Assembly: GCA_964624075.1 (NCBI GenBank)
Contig: CAZUWH010000006.1
Coordinates: 603-64,602 of the forward strand
Direction of reading: 5' to 3'
Origin: an uncultured Rhodobacterales bacterium
GTDB lineage: Bacteria > Pseudomonadota > Alphaproteobacteria > Rhodospirillales > Rhodospirillaceae
DNA: 64,000 nucleotides
The position numbers were made by a program, and so were the translations under genes. This document shows positions 1 to 9,264 of the stretch, one piece after another; positions within the stretch are counted from its first letter, which is position 1; each line of letters opens with the position of its first letter. The notes beneath the pieces are model-generated. The model made no database searches and was not told the DNA's origin. It saw only the letters and a list, made by a program, of their open reading frames with translations.

Positions 1-693
1 CTGCCCCTGTACCGGCAGCGGGCTGGTTGCGGGGACGCCGGCCTTTCTGGAAAAGTGAAGTTGCCAAACCTAACATAATATAAACGTAGTTTTTCAAAAA
101 TACATGAATACGAGTCATATCGTTCTTGACAAAGGCGTGAATCGTGATTTATTACTGGCCATCAAGGCCAGAATGGAGGAAATCGCGTGGTTCAGCCTCT
201 TCATTGCCCTCTTGTGGAGCGGAGGTGTGTGCGTCACCACGCGTTCCACTATTTCCACGTCAGCTTGTGTCCAGCCGGGAGTCAGGTGTCTGCCCACGCT
301 ACCCCACACGGTTCACCGCAGGGCTGACGCTTTTCGTCTTTCGTCGAGATCTTGCTCCAGCGTATCAAGAGCGCGCCACAGGGGAAGTGCCTCCCCATAT
401 CCTTGCAGGCTTTGACAGCTAGTCGTCTTACCGACGGGCGGGTGTAGTCTATCTCACCGAGACCAGTCAATGATCGGAACGGATCGCGGATGCGGTCTTT
501 GTCGCTGACGCCGGCAGAACGGTGGCCCTTCTCGAACAAGGGCATCATAGTGTTGTCATCTATCAAGTAGTTGATCAGTATCTGATAGAGATCACACATA
601 AAGAGAATTCAGATCCGTATTATGCCTACCTGAGAGAAGCGATCTAGGCTTCCGGTCCTGCGTCCCGTGGTTTGCCCGTAAAAGAGGTACACC

Positions 694-2019
694 ATGTACC
701 ACTATGACATTCACGATCGCACACTGGTGACACGCCGTGCTGACGAATTTCGAGGCCAGGTGCGTCGCCGCCTCAATTGAAAGTTGAGCGAGAACTAGTT
801 TCGCCCTCTCAGACTGATGAACGGTGTTTACCTCCAGATTTACAGCTACATGCTGCGGGTGGCCACTCCTTATAGCGCCATCTCCTCCCACCAGTTGCAT
901 CTGGATCGGTCTGGAAGATGTCCATGACATCCTAGATATACTATTAAAAGTTGATATCACATCAATCAATAATATTATTAATTGCATAGAATCACGGCTG
1001 AGCTGATGCGGCAATGGTCCACCTTTTACCCAGAGTTCTCGTATCTACCCCGCAAGTTCAAGGTGGCAGTGACCGGTTCGCCGAACGACCGTGCGGCGTA
1101 CGCTGGCACGATATCGGTCTGAAGCTCGTGCGCAACAGGACCGGCGCGACCGGCTACGAAGTCATCGTCGACGACGGTCAGGGACGAATGCTAGCCATCG
1201 GGACGACGATCCGTTCCTTATCTCCCCCAGGCGGACCTGCTTTCTTACATCGAGGCAATCCTACGCATTTACAACCGCTTCGGACGTCGCGACAACAAGT
1301 ATAGGGTGCGCACCAAGATCCTGGTGCAAGACATTGGCGCGGCGGCGTTTACCGGCATGGTGGAAGAGGAATGGCAGCAGGTGCGCCGGCCCGATCCGGA
1401 TGTAATCGCTGCCGAAATAGCACGCCTGGCAGAACCCTTCGCCCTGTCCTACCGGTCAGGCGATCTGGCATCGGCAGAGAAAGTGCGGGAGTCCTCACGC
1501 GATACGGACTTCCACCGCTGGCTTGCAACCAATGTCACCTCCCACAAGCATCCCGATCGGGCCAGGCGATATTACGGCGGACATGATGGAAACCGTCGCC
1601 GATTTGGCCGATCGCTACAGCCACGTCGAGCTGCGCATCTCTCATCACAAGAATCTTGTGCTGCCGCACGTACGCCAGGTCAGCCTGCCACGTTTGTAGG
1701 AAACACTCGGCCATCTCTGCCCCTTGCGTATTTAATATTTATAGTTGCATAAATTCCTATGGACACCATCACGACGGACACATCGGCATTCTTGGCGTGG
1801 ACAAGCGCGGGGAGGAATTCTACCAGATCACGCTTAGCGGCAGAGAGGGGGATGACGCCACGCCAGGGCAGCTCATCGGCCCGGGCCACCCGGGCCGATG
1901 CCATCAAGACCCTGATACGGGTCTATCTGGCGCACCGCCGGACGGGCGAATGGTTCCTCTGGGGACCTACCGTCGCATCGGCGCCGCCCCCCGTTCAAGG
2001 AGGCTTTTCATGTCATTGA
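694..2019 (+). pseudogene. Assimilatory sulfite reductase (CysI/NirA-type hemoprotein), decayed
   Basis: N-terminus MYHYDIHDRTLVTRRADEFRGQVRRRLN, then in-frame TGA (778-780) and TAG (796-798), then FRPLRLMNGVYLQIYSYMLRVATPY. Later conserved blocks (YLPRKFKVAVTGSPNDRA, GRRDNKY..RTKILV, HHDGHIGILGVDKRGEEFYQ) lie in three different frames. An AT-rich patch at about 925-1005 replaces part of the gene. Confidence 0.8.
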
Positions 2020-2480
2020 TCAAGCATGACAGGGTGGTGGATGACCCATAGCTTGCGGTCGCCGACGATGCAGACATTCCCTTGCATGGGGCCGTCTTGT
2101 TAAGTCTGACTCGCTGGAAGGCCAAGCGTGCCGCCCTCGCCCGGCGCAATACCGCTCTCGGTGTGCGGCTGGAGGGCGAACCGGAAGAGATTGCTGCCGA
2201 TTTCGACCGTCTGGCGCTGATGGCCATCTCCTTCCCCACTTGCAGCGATGGACGAACCTATTCGGTGGTGTCCGTTCCTTGCGCGAGCGTTATCGCTTCA
2301 GGGGTGAGATACGGGCTATCGGCATGGTCCTGCCCGACCAGATTCCGCTCATGCACCGCTGTGGCTTCGATTCCTCCCTTATCGATCCAGCCATCCGGTG
2401 GAAACGGTTTTCGAGTGCCTGGGTGCCTATGACCGACCGCATTACCAGGCCGCCGCCGATGGCGTCGAAACCATCGCCGC
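2010..2480 (+). pseudogene. DUF934-family protein (usual partner of cysI/cysH), decayed
   Basis: MSLIKHDRVVDDP, in-frame TAG at 2049-2051, then the same frame continues LAVADD...AISFP..SDGRTYS. The conserved LRERYRFRGEIRAIGMVLPDQIPLMHRCGFDS block sits in another frame (shift near 2240). 3' end is approximate. Confidence 0.65.
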
Positions 2481-3189
2481 CCTGCATTGCCGCCAGAAAA
2501 GCCAGGCGCCAGCGGCCGACCTGGAGGCACGTTTCGGCGGTCTGCCGGCCGAAGATCTGGTCACCCAGATGGTGGTGGAGACCATCAAAGGCCGCATTGC
2601 CTATGTATCTTCGTTCGGAACCGAGGCTGCTGTCCTCCTGCACATGGTGGCCATGGCTGATTCGACTACGCCGGCTCTGTTTCTTGACACCGGTAAGCTG
2701 TTTTCCCGAGACGCCTGCCTACCGGGACACACTGACAGCCCGCCTGGAGCTGGCGGATGTGCAGATGGTCACCCCCGCGCCCCGGAAGAGATCGCCGCCG
2801 CCGACCCTGGCCGCGATCTATGCCGTTGCAATCTCGATCTGTGCTGCACGCTGCGCAAGGTGAAGCCGCTCGACCGGACCCTGGCCGGCCTTGCCGCGTG
2901 GCTAAATGGTCGCAAGGGTTACCATGGCGCAACGCGCATCGGTCTGCCGGCTTTCGAGATCGAGGCGAGACGTCTCAAGATCAATCCATTGCGCCACTGG
3001 ACCAGGGCCGAGGTGGACGCCTGGTTCGCCGCCCATGACCTGCCGCGGCTTCCTCTGGAAGCGCAAGGATTTCTGTCCATTGGTTGTGTGCCGTGCACCG
3101 ATCGCGTGGCCCCGGGTGAGGACATCCGGGCCGGTCGCTGGCGGGGACAGGCCAAGATCGAATGTGGTCTGCACAATCGCACGGTCTGA
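2398..3189 (+). pseudogene. cysH: Phosphoadenosine phosphosulfate/APS reductase (CysH); ORF open but locally out of frame
   Basis: VSSFGTEAAVLLHMV, FLDTGKLF, CCTLRKVKPL and SIGCVPCT...ECGLH motifs are present. The conserved FPETPAYRDTLTARLELADVQMVTPAP segment (about 2703-2790) reads only in the neighbouring frame. No ATG/GTG/TTG at the expected CysH N-terminus; the ORF start overlaps the DUF934 tail. Confidence 0.65.
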
Positions 3190-3465
3190 GGCCATGATCT
3201 GATGCAGGTCCAGGAGGATGGGGGCACAGGTTGTAGAAGATGGAAGTCAAGAGCCAGGTATCACGCCCTCCCCCTGGGACGCTACGGCCTTCACACAAGT
3301 CTGCCGCGGCGGCGTGTAAAATGGCTGCCTTTCACCCCAGGAAGCCCCCCTCCCTCCTGGACCGGGGAAAGGCTGGTTTTCCATCAGCGTTGTTTTGTGT
3401 CTTGAGCCACCCATGCGGCCTCCCCTCTCCGGAGTCTTTCCATCCGATATCTGGCACCTCAATCA

Positions 3466-3493
3466 TTGACAGAACGACCGGTTGTTCTATGAT
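3466..3493 (+). promoter_or_regulatory. Sigma70-like promoter candidate for the helicase gene
   Basis: TTGACA (3466-3471), 16-nt spacer, TATGAT (3488-3493), about 65 nt upstream of the ATG at 3560. Confidence 0.45.
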
Positions 3494-3559
3494 ACGGGCA
3501 AAAGCAGGAGACGGGGCTTTGTGCTTTGTCGTATCCTGCAGGTCTCATACAGACAGACA

Positions 3560-5698
3560 ATGCATTTCACCACACTGGGGCTCGGCCCCGAAACCTTGAA
3601 AGCCGTCACCGAAGTAGGCTACACTGTTCCAACGCCTATTCAGACCCAGGCAATTCCGATTGTCCTCATGGGAAGAGATGTGTTGGGCATCGCCCAGACG
3701 GGCACGGGCAAAACGGCCTCTTTCACCCTTCCCATGATCGAGATTCTGGCGCAGGGGCGGGCGCGGGCGCGCATGCCGCGGTCGTTGATCCTGACGCCAA
3801 CGCGGGAGCTGGCCGCACAGGTGGGAGAGAATTTCTCTCGCTATGGTCGCTACCATAAGCTTGGTATGGCGCTGCTGGTCGGCGGTGAATCCTTTGCCGA
3901 TCAAATTCGGCTGCTTGATCGCGGGGTCGATGTGCTGATCGCAACCCCTGGGCGTCTCTTGGACCTGTTCCAGCGTGGTCGTATCCTGTTGTCCGATGTA
4001 CGCATCCTTGTGATCGACGAGGCGGACCGCATGCTCGACATGGGATTCATTCCCGATGTCGAACGCATTGTCATGCTGCTACCGCGCCAGCGGCAGACGT
4101 TGTTCTTTTCAGCCACCATGTCGCCCGAGGTGAAGCGTCTGGCGGATGCATTCCTGAACGATCCGCAGGAGATTCGTGTTGCGCTGCCGACTAAACAGAC
4201 AGATTGTGTCGTCCAGGGATTGATCATTGTCGATTTTCATGACAAGCGTGAAGCCCTGCGCCACCTGTTGCACAAGGAGCAGGTACGCAACGCCTTCATT
4301 TTCTGTAACCGCAAACGTGATGTCGGCGTTCTGCACCGCTCTTTGCTTAAGCACGGTTTTCCGGCTGGTATGCTGCATGGTGATATGCCACAACCTTTGC
4401 GAACAGAGACCCTGGAACGATTCAGGGCAGGCGAGATTTCCCTTCTAGTGTGTTCGGATGTGGCTGCCCGCGGCATCGATGTCGCGGCCATGTCCCATGT
4501 TTTCAATTTTGACGTGCCCATTCACGCTGAGGATTATATCCACAGGATCGGCCGCACGGGGCGGGCCGGATTGAGCGGATGTGCCTTCACCATCGCAATT
4601 CCCGAGGACGGCAGCCACGTGACAGCGATCGAGACATTGATCGGACACCCGATTCCGCGTGTCGCGGTCGATGGCCTGGAGAAGGTTGAACTAGTGACGG
4701 AGCGCCGCAGACGACGGCCCGACAGGGAACGGATACACGACCAGCGTCGAGGACGGAACGAACGGGGGGAACGAATGGAAGGATCTCGAAATAGCGGTAG
4801 TCGGCGGCATCTGCTTCTGGACGATGGAACGGGAGTCCCAGCCATGGAACATCCTGACAATGTGCGGGGATTTGGCGATCATGTGCCAGATTTCTTCCTC
4901 ATCGATCTTCTGAGAAACCTGGAGGTTCCCCTCTTTTCTCCTCCGGAGGACAAGGAGACAGGCGACGAGACGACCGGACAGGTGGAAACCGTTTCCCTTC
5001 CAGACGGTTCCCGTGAAGGGAATGTGCCTGAACATGCTGCGTCTGGAGAGGGCCTCTCTGGAAGAAAGACTGTCGAGGACAGTATGGACCAGGACAATGG
5101 GACCGGCGTGGCCGTGATCGTTCCCGATACCGCGCAGGAAACGGGCGAAAAGGATATCTCGGCTGTCACCGCAACCGATCAGACAGAGAGAGACGGTGCC
5201 GCTGGGGATAATGCCCTGGGGCTCCTCTGGGCAGGAGAGCCGGATCTGCCTATTCCCGTTGACACAGCTGAAGAGGTAGTCGAACCGTCTCCCAAAAGAA
5301 GAAGACGGCGCCCCCGGGAGAAAACGACAGAGGACACCACCGATACAGCTCGGACGCTACCCAGGGCCAAGAAGAGCAGGGCCGCCGGGAAAACGGATGA
5401 CGAGCCTGCCAACAGCTCCAGGGTCGCGAAAGCCCTCAAGGAACCGAAGAGAGGGTTGCATCGCCGCCGCACCGAGACGATTGCAGAGGAATCAGTCATG
5501 CAAGAAGTTGCAGAAGAAAAAGAGCATGGGGACCTGCCCGGTTCCGGAAGCGCAGAGTCTGAACCGGCCGCAGCCGACTCCCTTCCTGCCGGTGCACCGG
5601 CGCGTGGGACGGGGGAGGATTCTGCTGTCAAGAGCGTCCCTCCGTCCAATGGCCAGCCTTCCGCCACGCCACCCTCTCATCCCCAGGACGGCGACTGA
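3560..5698 (+). CDS. DEAD-box ATP-dependent RNA helicase (RhlE-like) with long low-complexity C-terminal extension
   Basis: AQTGTGKTASFTLP, VIDEADRMLDMGF, SAT and HRIGRTGRAG motifs. Start chosen at MHFTTLGL (ATG 3560) within ORF 3482..5698. The last ~330 aa are charged, Pro/Ala/Glu/Arg-rich. Confidence 0.9.
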   Translation: MHFTTLGLGPETLKAVTEVGYTVPTPIQTQAIPIVLMGRDVLGIAQTGTGKTASFTLPMIEILAQGRARARMPRSLILTPTRELAAQVGENFSRYGRYHKLGMALLVGGESFADQIRLLDRGVDVLIATPGRLLDLFQRGRILLSDVRILVIDEADRMLDMGFIPDVERIVMLLPRQRQTLFFSATMSPEVKRLADAFLNDPQEIRVALPTKQTDCVVQGLIIVDFHDKREALRHLLHKEQVRNAFIFCNRKRDVGVLHRSLLKHGFPAGMLHGDMPQPLRTETLERFRAGEISLLVCSDVAARGIDVAAMSHVFNFDVPIHAEDYIHRIGRTGRAGLSGCAFTIAIPEDGSHVTAIETLIGHPIPRVAVDGLEKVELVTERRRRRPDRERIHDQRRGRNERGERMEGSRNSGSRRHLLLDDGTGVPAMEHPDNVRGFGDHVPDFFLIDLLRNLEVPLFSPPEDKETGDETTGQVETVSLPDGSREGNVPEHAASGEGLSGRKTVEDSMDQDNGTGVAVIVPDTAQETGEKDISAVTATDQTERDGAAGDNALGLLWAGEPDLPIPVDTAEEVVEPSPKRRRRRPREKTTEDTTDTARTLPRAKKSRAAGKTDDEPANSSRVAKALKEPKRGLHRRRTETIAEESVMQEVAEEKEHGDLPGSGSAESEPAAADSLPAGAPARGTGEDSAVKSVPPSNGQPSATPPSHPQDGD

Positions 5699-5870
5699 AT
5701 CGCACCGCGTGATTCTCACATGATTCCGGAATGGGGAGGTGGGGAAAGGGAGGGTTTTTGCGTCTGTGGCCTGGAACCGGGTGCATTTCTCCGCATCCCG
5801 AAAAATCGTCGTTGACAATTGACATGGATCGGTGTGGTTTACCGGGCTGGTTGCTGATTCGAGAATCACC

Positions 5871-7652
5871 ATGCATCCTTATCGCTCTCACACCTGTAGT
5901 CAACTGCGCGCCAGCGATACTGGTCTTACCATCCGGTTGTCAGGCTGGGTACATCGCAAGCGTGATCACGGCAATCTGCTTTTCATTGACCTGCGTGATC
6001 ATTACGGTATCACGCAGGTGGTGGTTGACAGTCACAGTCCGGTCTTTGCCGTGCTGGAGCCCGTGCGAGCGGAAAGCGTGATCACCGTTACTGGCACGGT
6101 GCTCGAACGGTCGCCCGATACTGTCAACCCCAGACTTGATACCGGGATGATCGAGCTGCAGGCAACGGACGCCGAAGTGCTCAGCGCGGCAGAAGTTCTG
6201 CCCCTTCTGATCCATGGCGATCAGGAGTTTCCCGAAGATCTGCGGCTGCGCTACCGTTTTCTCGATCTGCGCCGGGAGGTAGTTCACCGCAACATGATCC
6301 TGCGCAGCCAGGTCATTGCCAGTCTGCGCCGGCGCATGATGGCACAGGGATTTCTTGAGTACCAGACGCCGATCCTGACCGCTTCCAGCCCTGAAGGCGC
6401 CCGCGATTTCCTGGTGCCAAGCCGCCTGCATCCTGGCAAGTTCTACGCCTTGCCGCAGGCGCCGCAGCAGTTCAAGCAGTTGCTGATGGTAGCTGGTTTC
6501 GACCGCTATTTCCAGATCGCTCCATGCTTTCGCGACGAAGATGCCCGGGCCGACCGCTCGCCGGGCGAGTTCTATCAGCTTGATTTCGAGATGAGTTTCG
6601 CGACACAAGACGATGTCTTTGCCGCTATCGAACCGGTGCTCCATGGTGTGTTCACGGAATTTGCCCGGAACCGCTTCGTTTCTCCGCCGCCTTTTGTCCG
6701 TATTCCTTTCGAGGAGGCAATGCTGAAATACGGCACGGACAAGCCGGATCTCCGCAACCCTCTTCTGATCGCTGACGTCACCGAGGCCTACCGCGGCGCC
6801 GGCTTTGGTCTGTTTGCCAAGGCCATCGACAAGGGCGCCATCGTCCGGGCCATTCCGGCGCCAGGGGCTGCGGGTCGCCCACGTAGCTGGTTTGACCGCC
6901 TGAATGACTGGGCCCGTGCGCAGGGAGCCGGGGGACTGGGTTATATCGTGTTTGAAAATGATGAGGCCAAGGGCCCCATTGCCAGAAACCTGGAACCGGA
7001 ACGGGCCAACCATATCCGGACGGTAACCGGTGTCGGCAATGACGATGCCGTCTTCTTCGTCTGTGACAAACCCGCCAAGGCTGCCCTTTTTGCTGGAAGT
7101 GTGCGAACCCATCTGTGCGACGAACTGAATCTGCTTGAAAAGAACGTGTTCCGGTTCTGCTGGACGACGGACTTTCCTTTCTATGAACGCAATCCGGATA
7201 ACGGACAGATCCAGTTCAGTCACAATCCGTTCTCAATGCCCCAGGGGGAACTCGCGGCACTGAATACGCAGGATCCCCTGACTATCAAGGCATTCCAGTA
7301 TGACATCGTCTGCAACGGGATCGAGCTGTCCTCAGGTGCCATTCGCAACCACCGGCCTGACATCATGTACCGCGCCTTCGAAATCGCTGGTTATACCCTG
7401 GCACATGTCGAGGCCCATTTCGGCGGCATGTTGAACGCCTTTAGGTTCGGTGCCCCTCCCCATGGCGGGGCAGCGCCGGGGGTGGACCGGATCGTCATGC
7501 TGCTCGCCGACGAACCAAATATCCGTGAAGTCATCCTGTTCCCCCTGAATCAGCAGGCGCAGGACCTACTTATGCAGGCACCTTCCGAGGTACGACAGGA
7601 GCAGTTGCGTGATCTTCATATCCGCACAGAGCCGCTAGCGGGAAAGATATAA
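5871..7652 (+). CDS. aspS: Aspartate--tRNA ligase
   Basis: [13 protein letters not shown]..., [60 protein letters not shown]. Start is the ATG at 5871 inside ORF 5832..7652. Confidence 0.95.
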   Translation: MHPYRSHTCSQLRASDTGLTIRLSGWVHRKRDHGNLLFIDLRDHYGITQVVVDSHSPVFAVLEPVRAESVITVTGTVLERSPDTVNPRLDTGMIELQATDAEVLSAAEVLPLLIHGDQEFPEDLRLRYRFLDLRREVVHRNMILRSQVIASLRRRMMAQGFLEYQTPILTASSPEGARDFLVPSRLHPGKFYALPQAPQQFKQLLMVAGFDRYFQIAPCFRDEDARADRSPGEFYQLDFEMSFATQDDVFAAIEPVLHGVFTEFARNRFVSPPPFVRIPFEEAMLKYGTDKPDLRNPLLIADVTEAYRGAGFGLFAKAIDKGAIVRAIPAPGAAGRPRSWFDRLNDWARAQGAGGLGYIVFENDEAKGPIARNLEPERANHIRTVTGVGNDDAVFFVCDKPAKAALFAGSVRTHLCDELNLLEKNVFRFCWTTDFPFYERNPDNGQIQFSHNPFSMPQGELAALNTQDPLTIKAFQYDIVCNGIELSSGAIRNHRPDIMYRAFEIAGYTLAHVEAHFGGMLNAFRFGAPPHGGAAPGVDRIVMLLADEPNIREVILFPLNQQAQDLLMQAPSEVRQEQLRDLHIRTEPLAGKI

Positions 7653-7694
7653 TGAACTGAAAGCGTATTCATACTCATTAGCCTTTGGTACAAC

Positions 7695-7810
7695 CGATCA
7701 AGGCGTATGGGTCTTATACTCTTGAGCCTTGATCGTGACTTCCCCCCAGGCACCGACGGGTCGCATCCGCGGCCCTTGATTTTTGCGCCATTCGGCGCGT
7801 CGCCGCGATT
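7695..7810. repeat. Intergenic repeat, copy A (fullest copy), with 10-bp-stem hairpin
   Basis: Lies between convergent aspS and the SH3 gene. CGATCAAGGC (7695-7704) pairs with GCCTTGATCG (7726-7735). Reverse complement aligns with 15801-15903, sharing GTCACGATCAAGGCTCAA and GAATGGCGCAAAAA blocks. Confidence 0.7.
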
Positions 7811-7848
7811 CCATAAGCGTAAGTCAAGATTGACGCTCGTCGTTGGTA

Positions 7849-8382
7849 TTACGGGATGAACTCGTCTCGCTGAACACCCCAGAAGTCGCCACGTTTGAGC
7901 CAGCCGACGTAGTTTCGAACCTCGACCCGGCAATACTGGGCAGTGTTTGACGGACACTGAAGAAGATCACCCACCACGCCCAGTTCCAGCTTGGCGACAG
8001 AGATGGCATCATCGGCGGGCTGTGTCCGCAGGTCCCGCCGGTGGCTCAGCGGACCCAGGACGATAAACGTGCGCCGCCCGGTTAACATGTTCTGGTGGAC
8101 CCACCCCTCGCTGCCTTCCCAGTCACGGATACGACGCCAGGTATCAAACTCGGCAATGACCTCGACAGGGTAGCCACGCCGCATGTAAGTCCATTCCATG
8201 GGATACTGCACGCCTGGTCCGGTGCGCAGATTGACCTCATCTAACCGCAGGGAAACGAAACGTGGCAACGGAAGACCACTGCCCTTGACGACACCAACGC
8301 TGCCAGCCTGCGTGGCCATGCCCCATAGAATAATCAGGCCGAGGGTGAGTGGAAACAGGAGATGGGAGATTTTCCTGGGCAT
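7849..8382 (-). CDS. Secreted SH3b-domain protein
   Basis: Signal-like N-terminus MPRKISHLLFPLTLGLIILWGMATQA. Two SH3b-like segments (VNLRTGPGVQYPMEW...GWVHQNML; RTQPADDAISVAKLE...VGWLKRGDFWG). Confidence 0.7.
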   Translation of the reverse strand: MPRKISHLLFPLTLGLIILWGMATQAGSVGVVKGSGLPLPRFVSLRLDEVNLRTGPGVQYPMEWTYMRRGYPVEVIAEFDTWRRIRDWEGSEGWVHQNMLTGRRTFIVLGPLSHRRDLRTQPADDAISVAKLELGVVGDLLQCPSNTAQYCRVEVRNYVGWLKRGDFWGVQRDEFIP

Positions 8383-8475
8383 TCAGTCAACACCTAGCTG
8401 GTCCAGAACCTTTGAAGTTGCCGCATCCCGCTGCACGACATATCTTTCCTTGTAGACACCGGTGGACATGTGCTC

Positions 8476-9240
8476 TCATGCAAGTCGCGGCAGGATTTCG
8501 CACCTGGCCCGTTCGACATCGGCTGGAAAATCGATTTCGATCCAGGGCAGGCCAGTGATGTCCTCGATCCCGAACGTTTCTGGTCGGGTCAGGGCCTCGG
8601 CCCGCATTGCTTCCTCATAAGGATCGTCCAGCCGCCCAGCGGCCACGAAGGCCTCAAGCCGATTGGCAAGCCGCATGGCACTGTCTGGAGCCAGACGCAG
8701 GAAACCTGGCCACTCGCCCACACTGTCATAGACGACATCGCTTCCTGTCACCTTTCGGAATTCTACGAGCCGGCCCTTCTGCAGACACAATCGAACCGGT
8801 TCGTCGGTTGGTTCAACATTGCGGTCAAGCAGGAAACAATTGCGGTATGGTGTGTCGATCAGACGCCGAATCAGGTCATGATGATAGAGGACATCGGCGT
8901 CCATGAACAGGATGTCGGCCCCGCTGCGCAGAACATCCCGCACCGTCCACAGTGACAACAGGCTACCCCGACGGAAACGTGGATTATAGCGCATGGAAAC
9001 GTAATCCAGGGCATCGATGCGCACCAGTTCCTGTCCCAGTTCCTCGGCGTGATATCCCACCACCAGGGTAAGATCGGCCACGTTTGACACCCGCAGGATC
9101 TCTACATGACGTTGCAGCAATGAACGACCTCCGAAGGCAAGAAGGGCCTTATGGGGATGGGTACCGTCGTTGCCATAAAGCCGGCTCCCCAGACCGGCTG
9201 CCATCATGATTGCCCGCATTGTTCTAGTTTGTCTCTTCAA
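8476..9240 (-). CDS. Nucleotidyltransferase (LicC/MobA-like sugar- or phosphocholine-nucleotidyltransferase family)
   Basis: N-terminal MRAIMMAAGLGSRL signature. FMDADVLY and WIEIDFPADVE resemble the phosphocholine cytidylyltransferase family. True start may be the internal Met at 9219. Confidence 0.7.
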   Translation of the reverse strand: MKRQTRTMRAIMMAAGLGSRLYGNDGTHPHKALLAFGGRSLLQRHVEILRVSNVADLTLVVGYHAEELGQELVRIDALDYVSMRYNPRFRRGSLLSLWTVRDVLRSGADILFMDADVLYHHDLIRRLIDTPYRNCFLLDRNVEPTDEPVRLCLQKGRLVEFRKVTGSDVVYDSVGEWPGFLRLAPDSAMRLANRLEAFVAAGRLDDPYEEAMRAEALTRPETFGIEDITGLPWIEIDFPADVERARCEILPRLA

Positions 9241-9264
9241 TTGTTGTTGTGCAATTGTTTGCTG

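Noticed and set aside
1-693. ORFs 104-415, 144-422, 115-309 and 282-599 at the left edge; considered as a possible divergent LysR/CysB-type regulator or integrase remnant.
   Set aside because: No HTH or other family signature could be read in any frame. The ORFs overlap each other. The region has AT-rich patches and may be decayed DNA, but I cannot support a call.
5940-7223. 427-aa ORF antisense to aspS. Similar long antisense ORFs: 43563-44861 (opposite dxr/rseP), 61685-62584 (opposite dnaA), 13880-14656, 48677-49360, 49769-50398, 52281-52961.
   Set aside because: Each lies fully inside a gene with strong family motifs on the other strand. Their translations are Arg/Gly/Pro-rich with no recognisable motifs. 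This is the usual shadow-ORF effect in GC-rich DNA.
7781-7799. TTTTGCGCCATTCGGCGC mini-hairpin considered as an intrinsic terminator for aspS or the SH3 gene.
   Set aside because: The T-run precedes the hairpin on the + strand and an A-run follows it on the - strand, the wrong geometry for either convergent gene. It is better explained as part of the repeat family.
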